From: an uncultured Bacilli bacterium
Lineage (GTDB): Bacteria > Bacillota_I > Bacilli_A > RF39 > UBA660
DNA length: 64,000 nucleotides
Direction: 5' to 3'
NCBI GenBank assembly: GCA_947628535.1
Contig: CANRAF010000001.1
Location: 268-64,267 of the forward strand
Positions within the stretch are counted from its first letter, which is position 1, and every line of letters begins with the position of its first letter. The position numbers and the translations under genes are program-made. The notes beneath the pieces were generated by a model. That model saw nothing but the letters and a program-made list of their open reading frames with translations. It did no database searches and was not told the origin of the DNA. This document shows, piece after piece, positions 21,158 through 31,000 of the stretch.

Positions 21158-21703
21158 TTATTTTAAAGCAGCAATTAATTCTGCTTTTTTCATTGAAGTA
21201 TAACCTTCAACTTTTTTATCTTTGGCTATTTTTTTAAGTTCTGCTACAGTAAGTTTAGATAAATCTTCACTTGCTTTAGTATCTTTTTTTGCTTCGCTTT
21301 TTGCAGGTTTTTCTTTAGTTTCTTCTTGAACTTTTACAGTAGGTGCTTTTACTTTTTCTCCTTTAGCAATTTTTACTAAATCTTTAAATGCTTCTTTATC
21401 ATGAATTGCAAGTTCTGATAACATTTTTCTGTTAACTTCTACACCTGCTTTATTAAGGCCATCTATAAATCTAGAATAACTAATATCATTTACTCTACAT
21501 TCAGCATTAATTCTTGTTATCCATAACTTTCTAAAGTTTCTTTTTGTTTGTTTTCTATCACGATAAGCATATCTTTCAGAATGCATTACTTGTTCGTGAG
21601 CTGTTTTATAAAGTCTATGTTTACTACCAAAATAACCTTCTGCCTTTTTTAGTACTTTTTTACGTCTTGCACGTGTTGCAACACTATTTTTTACTCTTAC
21701 CAT
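21158..21703 (-). CDS. rplT: 50S ribosomal protein L20 with C-terminal Rho-N-like domain
   Basis: [24 protein letters not shown]; tail [35 protein letters not shown]. Confidence 0.97.
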   Translation of the reverse strand: MVRVKNSVATRARRKKVLKKAEGYFGSKHRLYKTAHEQVMHSERYAYRDRKQTKRNFRKLWITRINAECRVNDISYSRFIDGLNKAGVEVNRKMLSELAIHDKEAFKDLVKIAKGEKVKAPTVKVQEETKEKPAKSEAKKDTKASEDLSKLTVAELKKIAKDKKVEGYTSMKKAELIAALK

Positions 21704-21725
21704 GTTTTTCTACTCCTCTCCTATT

Positions 21726-21914
21726 TTATATAACATTTTTTATTCTTTTGTAATCTGAATTACTTAGGTTTGACCCTTGTCTTTTCTTTCTATTAGCACT
21801 TGTTGGTTTTTTACCAGTCTTATGTTGTCCTACTGAGTTTGATTTAGTAATTGAACCACTTTGTCTAATGTTTAATGATTTCTTTGTTCCTTTATGTGTT
21901 TTTAATTTTCCCAT
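21726..21914 (-). CDS. rpmI: 50S ribosomal protein L35
   Basis: MGKLKTHKG; position between infC and rplT. Confidence 0.93.
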   Translation of the reverse strand: MGKLKTHKGTKKSLNIRQSGSITKSNSVGQHKTGKKPTSANRKKRQGSNLSNSDYKRIKNVI

Positions 21915-21923
21915 GTTTACCTC

Positions 21924-22457
21924 CTATTTATTTTCTTTAATTGGTGCGAGTAACATTGTCATGCTTCTGCCTTCTAATTTGGCTTTTTGCTCTACAGTTG
22001 CTATATCTTTTGTTTTTTCTGCAAATCTGTTCATTACTTCTTCTCCAAGTTCTGGATGGATTATTTGTCTTCCTTTGAATCTAATACTAAGTTTAATTTT
22101 ATGACCCTTTTCTAAATATTTTGAAGCATTTCTTAGTTTAGTTTCAAAATCTCCAACATCGATTACTGGTGAAAGACGATATTCTTTAAGTTCAACATTG
22201 TTTGCTTGTTGTTTTTTACGGCTTTCTTTAGCTTTCTTTGCCTTTTCGTATTTAAACTTATTATAATCCATTATTTTACAGACTGCAGGATTTGAATTTG
22301 CATTTATTAACACAAGATCAAGTCCAGCATAATTTGCAATTGTTTGAGCATCATTTATGGGTTTAATTCCCATTTGTTCCCCGTTTGGTCCGATTACTAG
22401 AACATGAGGAATTTTTATTTGTTCGTTACATAACAAATCATTACTTTTTTTAGCTAT
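21924..22457 (-). CDS. infC: translation initiation factor IF-3 with probable non-canonical AUA start
   Basis: [22 protein letters not shown]; GGAGGTG RBS precedes an in-frame ATA at 22457. Confidence 0.95.
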   Translation of the reverse strand: MAKKSNDLLCNEQIKIPHVLVIGPNGEQMGIKPINDAQTIANYAGLDLVLINANSNPAVCKIMDYNKFKYEKAKKAKESRKKQQANNVELKEYRLSPVIDVGDFETKLRNASKYLEKGHKIKLSIRFKGRQIIHPELGEEVMNRFAEKTKDIATVEQKAKLEGRSMTMLLAPIKENK

Positions 22458-22480
22458 ACTAAACACCTCCACTAAAATAT

Positions 22481-22605
22481 AAAAAGAGTACGAAATGTAC
22501 TCTAATCCACCAAAAAACATAAATATATTATTTTATTTAACTTGGCTTTTGACCTATAGCTATTCGCTATCAGGTGGATTTATACATCTCTTTCCTTTTT
22601 TTACA
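22481..22605 (-). promoter_or_regulatory. L20 leader-like autoregulatory RNA with terminator
   Basis: AATCCACC pairs with GGTGGATT, internal CACCTGA...TAGGT, then hairpin AGAGTAC-ATTTC-GTACTCT plus U-run; promoter TTGACA-17-TATAAT at 22612-22640. Confidence 0.6.
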
Positions 22606-22716
22606 TATTAGATTATATACAAATGATATGTATTTGTCAATGTTTTTATGAATTTTTATTATATTTATACAATAAAAAAGACTATTTGAAACAATAATTT
22701 CAAGCAGTCTTTTATA

Positions 22717-24012
22717 TTATCTTAAATAATTCATAAAACTTAATGCTGAATAAATATTTCCTGTTTTTGGTACATCATCAAGTTTTGTTTTATCTACAAC
22801 TTTGTTAACGACAATATTTGTATTATCTTCAAAATTTTCTAGTTTAGTAAATTTAGCATATACTGTAACATTTCCATCAATTACATCGTCAGTATTAAAC
22901 CATGTATCAGTTCCTTCATAGTACCATCCAACAAAATCATATCCATTTTTTTCAGTATTTGGAATATCTTTAGGATTTATTTTGCCATCTTTGTCTACTA
23001 AAACAATATTACTCTTTCCATCTACAACAAAGTCAACATAATATGCATCAATACCAGCTATCAAATTTCCAGCAATTTGTGTATTGGTTGCCTTAAATGT
23101 GATATTTTCAGCTTCATTATTATTAAATATAGCACCTAAATCATTTGTACTAGCATTATTTATAAGAGTTGAATTAGAAACATTTATATCTACACCTTTT
23201 GTTTCCTTATTACTATATTTAGCCATTAAAATGACATCAAATGAATCATATGTTGAATGTCCAGTAAAAGCGTTTTGAATTACTGAATTATTTTTAATAT
23301 CAAGACTTACATTTTGTTGATTACCTACAACGATAGTTCCATAAGAATTACTACCATTCTTTGCGGCTGCATAACCTGTTAATTTACTATTATCTATAGT
23401 AACTTTATTACCTGTTACTGCACCGCTGTCTGCATCATAACTAGTTAAATCCAAAGCTGCATAACCCGCTAAATCACTATTTTTAATATTTACTGTATTA
23501 GAACCACCTTCAATCCATACTGCATATTTCGCATGAATAGTTGAATTAGAAATAGTTATAGTTGAACCATTACCACTAGTATTATAAACAACTACTCCAG
23601 AACCAGCACTAGTAAATTTTGATGAGTCATTTTCATCCGAATAATACATTTGAACTCCTGAAATATTAACTGTTGCTTTTGTTTTAACTTTAATAAATTC
23701 AGGTTGGCTTCCATTTGCACCATTATTTTTAGTAATTGTTAAATTATTAAAATTAACTTTTGTTGCACCGTTTGTTATTGAAAATGTGCCTTTAACAGTA
23801 GCACCATTTCCATTAATTACAACATTATTTGAAATAGTGTAATCTTTTTCATTATATGCTTTATCTTTTTGTAAATTAATAACAGAACAACTGCTAAGAG
23901 CGGTGTCCAATTCTGTTTCACTAGTTGGATTACAATTAGCTTCAGCAAAAACATTTGGAACAATAAACATACTTACTGCGAATGCAAATACCATAAATAA
24001 TACTTTCTTCAT
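22717..24012 (-). CDS. secreted/surface protein: beta-helix-like repeats, InlB B-repeat, VPKTG motif without anchor helix
   Basis: Signal peptide ending VFA, Asn/Ile-rich solenoid pattern, KNGYDFVGWY...VTVYAKF repeat, LDDVPKTG near the end. Confidence 0.7.
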   Translation of the reverse strand: MKKVLFMVFAFAVSMFIVPNVFAEANCNPTSETELDTALSSCSVINLQKDKAYNEKDYTISNNVVINGNGATVKGTFSITNGATKVNFNNLTITKNNGANGSQPEFIKVKTKATVNISGVQMYYSDENDSSKFTSAGSGVVVYNTSGNGSTITISNSTIHAKYAVWIEGGSNTVNIKNSDLAGYAALDLTSYDADSGAVTGNKVTIDNSKLTGYAAAKNGSNSYGTIVVGNQQNVSLDIKNNSVIQNAFTGHSTYDSFDVILMAKYSNKETKGVDINVSNSTLINNASTNDLGAIFNNNEAENITFKATNTQIAGNLIAGIDAYYVDFVVDGKSNIVLVDKDGKINPKDIPNTEKNGYDFVGWYYEGTDTWFNTDDVIDGNVTVYAKFTKLENFEDNTNIVVNKVVDKTKLDDVPKTGNIYSALSFMNYLR

Positions 24013-24035
24013 ATAATTTTCTCCTTTCTATAAAT

Positions 24036-24067
24036 ATATTATCACCCCCCCCCCCACGTATTGTCAA
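24036..24067 (-). promoter_or_regulatory. sigma-A promoter with G11 tract in the spacer
   Basis: TTGACA-atacgt-G11-TGATAATAT; spacer is 18 nt to GATAAT or 20 nt to TG-extended TAATAT. Confidence 0.75.
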
Positions 24068-24155
24068 GCTATTTCATCTTTTATCATTTTTTATATTTAC
24101 ATCGAATTTATCATTTTTTTTATTTTTAAAATTATCCTTGGTTTTTCTAATGATT

Positions 24156-24518
24156 TTATGAGTTTTTTATATTATTTATTTCTACTTGAATTGCCTTGAC
24201 CATTTTTTCTAACATATCCAAGGTTTGTTCTGTTTCACTTTTAAACTCTCTATCATTTTTATATGTTTCATTCTCATTTGCATCACTTTCCATATTTGTT
24301 TTAGATCTAATATTCCCTGATTCCGTTGAACCTACTTTTTGAAGTCCTCTTTCCTGCATTACTTGTCTATAAAAAGCATTAGTTGATAAAACTTGGGCCA
24401 CAAGCATTAACCAGTTACCAAGTGCATTTTGTTCATTTGCTGTCATATCATCTATTAATATATATCCTACTATAACAGCACTTAAAGAAAAAATTTTAGG
24501 AGGAATATTAGGTAGCAA
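24156..24518 (-). CDS. conserved hypothetical protein
   Basis: GGAGG RBS with TTG start; MTANEQNALGNWLMLVAQVL motif. Confidence 0.6.
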   Translation of the reverse strand: MLPNIPPKIFSLSAVIVGYILIDDMTANEQNALGNWLMLVAQVLSTNAFYRQVMQERGLQKVGSTESGNIRSKTNMESDANENETYKNDREFKSETEQTLDMLEKMVKAIQVEINNIKNS

Positions 24519-24561
24519 AGAAATCCCTCCTTTTTTATTTTTTTCTTTACTTATACTTTTG

Positions 24562-24945
24562 TTAATTAAAAGCTATTTCAACATCTATGTTTTCATCCGT
24601 TAATGATATGTATAGAAATATTATTCCGCTTATAGCTATTAAAAGAGATGCTATAAACGATAAGTATGTTAAATTTTTCTTTTGAGATGTATCCCAAGGT
24701 TTTAAATTTTTTATGCCTTTATATGAATCTTTTAAAAAATAAATATATACAATTACTAAAATAGTAAATATTAAAGTTGTTATATCTCTATATTTTTCTT
24801 TACTTTGTAAATTTTTTTCTATAAAATACTTTCTTTCTAAAGTATTAGAGTACCAACTAAGAAATATTATTCCAATATATATTAGCCATATAAAATCTTC
24901 TATTTTCAGTTGCTTTAATTTTTCTATAGTCTCTTCACTATTCAT
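24562..24945 (-). CDS. hypothetical membrane protein (about 3 TM)
   Basis: Hydrophobic segments; forms an operon with the downstream ORF. Confidence 0.6.
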   Translation of the reverse strand: MNSEETIEKLKQLKIEDFIWLIYIGIIFLSWYSNTLERKYFIEKNLQSKEKYRDITTLIFTILVIVYIYFLKDSYKGIKNLKPWDTSQKKNLTYLSFIASLLIAISGIIFLYISLTDENIDVEIAFN

Positions 24946-25075
24946 ATTTAATTATATAATTTCTATTTTAAATATATGAACTAAAAAGCACCTATAGATA
25001 TAGGTGCTATATAAGGAGAACAAAAAATCATTCTCCACTTATATTATTAACTATTTATTAACTTTTATACATTTT

Positions 25076-25519
25076 TTAATATTTTTTTAAATCTTTTTCT
25101 ATTTTTCTTTTAATATCTCTTTCTTTGATAGTTTCTCTTTTATCATAATTCTTTTTACCTTTACATACTCCGAGAAGAAGTTTTGCTCTATTATCTTTAT
25201 TAAAATAAATTTTAAGAGGGATTAACGTATAGCCTTCTTTATTTACTTTTTCATTTAGTTTTAATATTTCTTTTTTATGAAGTAATAATTTTCTTTGTCT
25301 CGTTTCACTTTGATTAAATATCTCAGAACTATGACTATATTTTTTTATAAACATGTTAATAACATAAACTTCATTATTTTTTATTTTGGCATAACAATCT
25401 TTTATATTGCATGATCCTTCGCGAATAGATTTTACTTCACTTCCTAAAAGTTCTATTCCGCATTCTATTTCATCTTCTATAAAATAATTGTATCTAGCTT
25501 TTCTATTTACTATTTCCAT
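25076..25519 (-). CDS. smpB: SsrA-binding protein SmpB
   Basis: NRKARYNY, GIELLGSEVKSIR, RKLLLHK, GKKNYDKRE. Confidence 0.97.
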   Translation of the reverse strand: MEIVNRKARYNYFIEDEIECGIELLGSEVKSIREGSCNIKDCYAKIKNNEVYVINMFIKKYSHSSEIFNQSETRQRKLLLHKKEILKLNEKVNKEGYTLIPLKIYFNKDNRAKLLLGVCKGKKNYDKRETIKERDIKRKIEKDLKKY

Positions 25520-25520
25520 T

Positions 25521-27608
25521 TTATTTTTTCCTTGTTCTAACTTTTGGTTCAATAATCTCAAAATCTATTTCTGATTGTTCTTTTGATGCACGTACTAGTT
25601 TTACTGGAATAATATCACCGAGTCTGTAGATTTTTTTACCTCTTTGACCTATTAAAACTTCTGTTTCTGGATTATATCCATAATGGTCATTCATTGATTC
25701 ATAGCCTACTCTACCTTCAATAAGATTTGGAAGTCTTACATACATACCTCCCTTTTCAGTAAAGCCTACTATCATAGCTTGATATTCTTCACCAATATAA
25801 TTTTGCATATATTCAGCTGATTTCATTTTGTTTGATTGTCTTTCGCATTCATCAGCTGCTACTTCTCTATTTGAAGATTGAATACCTACTTTTTTCATTG
25901 CTTCTTTAAATTCATCGCTATATAAATATTCGTTATTATTGTTAAGATGAGCCTTAATAATCATATGATTAATTAAATCTGGTAGTCTTCTTATAGGAGA
26001 GGTTACTTGTCCATAAGCCTCTCTTTTTACCTCGTCTATTCCAATACTAAAATGTCCAATATTGTACTCTCTATAATCAGCCTTATCTAAACATCTTACC
26101 AGCATTTCACTAAATACTTCTTTTCTTTTTGAATCCTCCAGGCTTTTAAGAAGTTGCTGCAAATATTTGGAAGTTCCAAATTTTTCCTTTATGTTTATCT
26201 TTTCACCATATTCTGTCATAACTGAAACGACATGTCTCAATCTATCTTCATTTAAAACATCATGGTCTCTATACATAAAAGGAATTCCTAAATTATAAAA
26301 ATGCGTTGCAACACTTTCATTTGCTATTAACATAAATTGTTCTATTAATTTTTCTCCACTTCTTTGCTCTCTTCTTAACATTTCTGTTGGAACACCATTT
26401 TCATCAGTGTTTATTTTTTGTTCAGGAATTTCAAAATTTTGATAACCGCGTGATATTCTATTTTTTTCAAGTATTAATCTTAAATCATTCATTAATTTTA
26501 AAGTATCAGAAAATTCTTTATAGTCTTCAGGGATTTCATTTTCTTCTAAAATTTTATTAACATTTTTATAGGTCATTTGCTTTCTTGATCTAATAACGCT
26601 TTCATACATATCTAATTTTGCAACTTTACCTTTAGGAGTTATTTCCATATCAAAAGTAAGTGCAAGTCTATCTACATCAGGATTTAAGGAACATATCCCA
26701 TTTGAAAGTTCTACAGGTAGTTCTGGATTTACAACAGTATTCATGTAAACACTGGTACCTCTTTCATAAGCTTCTCTAAATATAGCAGTACCATATTTTA
26801 CATAATTAGATACATCTGCTATATGGACTCCTAATTTATAGTTACCATTTGGAAGTTTTTCTAAACTTATAGCATCATCAATATCTTTAGTATCATCACC
26901 ATCTATTGTAAAAATAGTTTTATCTCGTAGGTCCCTTCTTCCTTTTATTTCCTCTTCTGTTATAGTACTTGGAATTAAAAGTAATTCATCTTTTATTTCA
27001 TCATTCCATTCGTATTCAAAACCATTAGCATAAAGAATTGCTTTATCATCTGAACGTGGTTCGTTTTTATGACCAATTATTCTATCTAAAACTGCAACAG
27101 GTTCTTTATTTTTCTTAGTATTTTCTATTTTTATACCTATTATTGTTCCATCTACTATTTTTTCATCTAAACGTATTTTATACTTCATACCATTTTTAAG
27201 GACGGCATATCTTACTCCTTTTTCTGTAATTACTTCAGCGCTTTGACCTGCCCTTTTTACAACTTCTTTTAAAGTACCACGTTTTTCATCAAAGTCTGTT
27301 ATTTTAACTTTTACAATATCTCCAGTTATACAATTAAAAGTATTTTTTTCAACAGATATTGTTATATCATCACATTTTACAAAAACTTCTCCTTTTTTAT
27401 TTACTTTTACTTCTCCTTCTTCAAAAGGATTTCTTATATACTTGTCTTTTCCTGTTTGATATATTTGATGTTCTTCAATCATTTTTTCAAATGCATCCTC
27501 AAAATCCTCAAAAGACAAATTAGTGTATCCTAATTTTTTGTATACTTCTTCTTTTGTTAAACCATTATGTCTTGAGATTGTTAGTATCTCTAATATTCTA
27601 TTTGACAT
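25521..27608 (-). CDS. rnr: ribonuclease R
   Basis: FTIDGDDTKDIDDAIS, TSPIRRxPDL and S1 domain; secG-rnr-smpB order. Confidence 0.93.
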   Translation of the reverse strand: MSNRILEILTISRHNGLTKEEVYKKLGYTNLSFEDFEDAFEKMIEEHQIYQTGKDKYIRNPFEEGEVKVNKKGEVFVKCDDITISVEKNTFNCITGDIVKVKITDFDEKRGTLKEVVKRAGQSAEVITEKGVRYAVLKNGMKYKIRLDEKIVDGTIIGIKIENTKKNKEPVAVLDRIIGHKNEPRSDDKAILYANGFEYEWNDEIKDELLLIPSTITEEEIKGRRDLRDKTIFTIDGDDTKDIDDAISLEKLPNGNYKLGVHIADVSNYVKYGTAIFREAYERGTSVYMNTVVNPELPVELSNGICSLNPDVDRLALTFDMEITPKGKVAKLDMYESVIRSRKQMTYKNVNKILEENEIPEDYKEFSDTLKLMNDLRLILEKNRISRGYQNFEIPEQKINTDENGVPTEMLRREQRSGEKLIEQFMLIANESVATHFYNLGIPFMYRDHDVLNEDRLRHVVSVMTEYGEKINIKEKFGTSKYLQQLLKSLEDSKRKEVFSEMLVRCLDKADYREYNIGHFSIGIDEVKREAYGQVTSPIRRLPDLINHMIIKAHLNNNNEYLYSDEFKEAMKKVGIQSSNREVAADECERQSNKMKSAEYMQNYIGEEYQAMIVGFTEKGGMYVRLPNLIEGRVGYESMNDHYGYNPETEVLIGQRGKKIYRLGDIIPVKLVRASKEQSEIDFEIIEPKVRTRKK

Positions 27609-27685
27609 ATCATCACCTTAATATTATAATATCACATAATAAAAAAAAAAGATATCATATGACACCTTATTAACACTTATTTTTT

Positions 27686-27910
27686 TTACATAAAGGATAT
27701 TATAAGACAAGTAATTACAAATACTAATCCAAGAATTAAAGTTAATCTACTTATTACTAATTCTGAGCCGCGTTCTTTTCTATTTTTAAATAAATCACTA
27801 GTAGCACCAGACATAATATTACCCATATCGCCTGATTTACTGCTTTGAAGAAGCACTAGTGTTATTAATATGGCACATAATACTAATAAACAAATTTGTA
27901 CTATTTCCAT
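27686..27910 (-). CDS. secG: preprotein translocase subunit SecG
   Basis: LVLLQSSK...DLFKNRKERGSELVISRLT. Confidence 0.9.
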   Translation of the reverse strand: MEIVQICLLVLCAILITLVLLQSSKSGDMGNIMSGATSDLFKNRKERGSELVISRLTLILGLVFVITCLIISFM

Positions 27911-28024
27911 ACTATCCCTCCTTGTTAATAACTAAATGTATTTTAGCACAATATATGATTAAAAGCAAATATTTTTTACATATTTGCTTTTTTTGTAATT
28001 TCAATTTAAATTTACATCCACAAT

Positions 28025-31000
28025 TTATTTTTTTGTTTTATTTCTGTTATATACTTCATATGCTCCTACTGATACCAATGATAATCCTAATATTATTCCT
28101 ATAATTGATATAAAACTTCCTGTATCTGGTACCTCTATTACTGTTCCTTCTATTTCTTCTTTCTTTTTGTTTTGTTCTTCTATTACCTTATATTTTGCAT
28201 AGAATATTCTATCACTATCTAGTTTTATTTCTTCTCCAACTTTATATAATACTTCTCCATTTTCTATAATGCTATATCCTAATAGTATTCCATTTTTTAT
28301 ACTTCTTTGTGGTGCTATTACACTACAACTATTATATGTTGTCTTACAACTTATTTCTTCTTTTCCATTTTTATATATGAATGTTGCTGTTAATATTTTT
28401 ACTGTTTCATCTATTCTCAATTTATATATTTCATCTTTTGTTATTGATATTTTACTTCCTGGTTTTATTCCCTCATCTTCACTTGATATACTAAATCCTA
28501 TTATTTCATAGTTTGTTTCTTCTACTTCTGGTAAAGTTATATCACATGCTAATTCTTTATTGTATATATAACAACTTTCTGATGCTTTTGATATTTTTAT
28601 CTTGTTATTTGGTGTTTCGAATTTTGCTGTTAGTTTCTTTTTTGTTATTGCATATAACGTCATGTTATCTGTTATTGTTATTCTATCTCCAACTGCATAT
28701 TCTTTTTCCTTTGCTGTATTACTACTTGCGTATCCTATTATTTCATAGCCTTCTCTTGTTATATCTGGTAATACTATTTCACAATTACCCTCTCCTGTAC
28801 AGCTTAATGTTTTATTTTCTATACTTGCTCCATTTTCTTCTAATGTTAATGTATAAGTACTTGTTTCAGGTGGTTTTATTTCTTCCTTTTTATATACTCC
28901 ATATAATGTTATATCTTTTGTTAAAGTAATCTCAATTCCTACATTATAATCTACACTACCTCCATTTGTTAGACTCCACCCTAAAAATTCACCATCTGTT
29001 ACTGTTTTTTGAGGCGTTACTATTTTGCAGCTATCACCTGTTGTTCTACAACTTAATCTTTCTTCATTTCCGTTAAATATGAATACTGCTGTAAACTCTT
29101 TTATCTTTTTTGCTCTTGCATAGTATGTTGTATCCTGAGTTAATGTTACTATATTTCCTTCTAATATACCCATATCTTCATCTGTTGTACTGAATCCTAA
29201 TATTTCATAACCTGTTGCTGTTATATTTGGAAGTGTTATATTACATCCTGTTTCTTCATTATATATATAACAACTTTCTGATGCTTTTGTTATTGTTAAA
29301 TCACTATTTGTTGTTTTAAATGTTGCTGTTAGTTTCTTTTTTGTTATTGCATATAGTGTCGTGTCGCTTGATAATATTATTCTATCTCCAACCTCATATT
29401 CTTTTTCCTTTGCTGTACTACTACTTGCATATCCTATTATTTCATAGCCTTCTCTTGTTATATCAGGTAATACTATTTCACAATTACTCTCTCCTGTACA
29501 GATTAATGCTTTATTTTCTATGCTTGCTCCATTTTCTTCTAATGTTAATGTATAGGTATTTGTTATTATATTTTTGCTACAAGTACCATACATTGTTGTT
29601 ATACTTTTTGTTGGTGTATACTCTCCTCCTGTTTCATAAGTTATTTCTTTCCCATTTTCTTTTTCTGTCCAACCACATGTATATCCTGCCTTTGTAATCG
29701 TTGGTAATGTTACACTTGGCATTGCACTCCACTTTGCATATAGTGTTGTTGTTCCAAATTTGCTCCAATTACCATTTTCATCTGTATATCCTGTTATATT
29801 ATTTTGTAATACTGGACTTGTTGCATTGCTTAACACTAAACTTCCTGAACTTGCTTCTGTATACCATCCTTCAAATGTTGCTGTTGATGTTAATTCATTT
29901 GTTGATGATACTGTAGCATTATCTGAATCATTTCCTTCTGATGTTGTAAATCCTCTTATTTTATATTCTTTCTTTGGTAATGTTATACTCGATGGATTTA
30001 ATGTTTTTGTGTTATATGTTATTTGTAAACTTCCTGGTTGTACATCTGTTGTTGCTCCGTTACTATTTAAATTTATTTTTACTTCATTTAATTTTGTCTC
30101 GCACACTCCATATAATGTTACATTTTCTGTTGGTGTATATTGTGATCCTGATGCATAAGTTATTTCTTTCCCATTTTCTTTTTCTGTCCAACCACATATG
30201 TATCCTTCTTTTTCTATTGTTGGTAATGTTATCTTTTGTGCTTGCCATCTAGCATACAATGTAGTTGCTGCATTTCTTATCCAGTTCCCACTTGTATCCG
30301 TATATCCTGTTATATTATTTTGTAATACTGGACTTGTTGCATTGCTTAACACTAAACTTCCTGAACTTGCTTCTGTATACCATCCTTCAAATGTTGCTGT
30401 TGATGTTAGTTCATTTGTTGATGATACTGTAGCATTATCTGAATTACTTTCTTTTGATGTTTTAAATCCACTTACTGTGTGTTCTTTCTTTGGTATTGTT
30501 ATTGTACTTGGAGTTATTACCTTTGTGTTATATGTTATTTGTAAACTTCCTGGTTGTGCATCTGTTGTTGCTCCGTTACTATTTAATGTTATTGTATATG
30601 TATTTGGTATAAATGTTGAAGTTATTGTTCCTGCCGAACCTACTGTTACTATTGCTGGTGATTCTGAACTTGTTGATAATCCTGTAAATTTACTAAATGT
30701 ATATCCAGTATTTGCTGTTGCTGTTGATGTTATTGTTTCTCCACTTCTTGCTGTTAAACTCTTATTTCCTGAAGTTCCTGATGTTGTTGCTGTTACTCCT
30801 GTTTTATTACTTTGTGCTGTTACTTTATGACTTCCATTTCCATCTGTTGCTACTGTTATTTCATATTCTGTTCTATCAAACCACATTGAATATGTTGAAT
30901 CTGCTGTTAAACTTGGCACTGTTTGACTTACTGAAGCTGCTGTTTCACTTGCTGCCCCTGTGCTTATTCCTTTAAATGTTGATTCTGTTGCATGTGTTGG

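Noticed and set aside
22458-22520. ORF-track N-terminal extension of infC
   Set aside because: It runs through the leader terminator and the RBS; the real start is most likely ATA at 22457.
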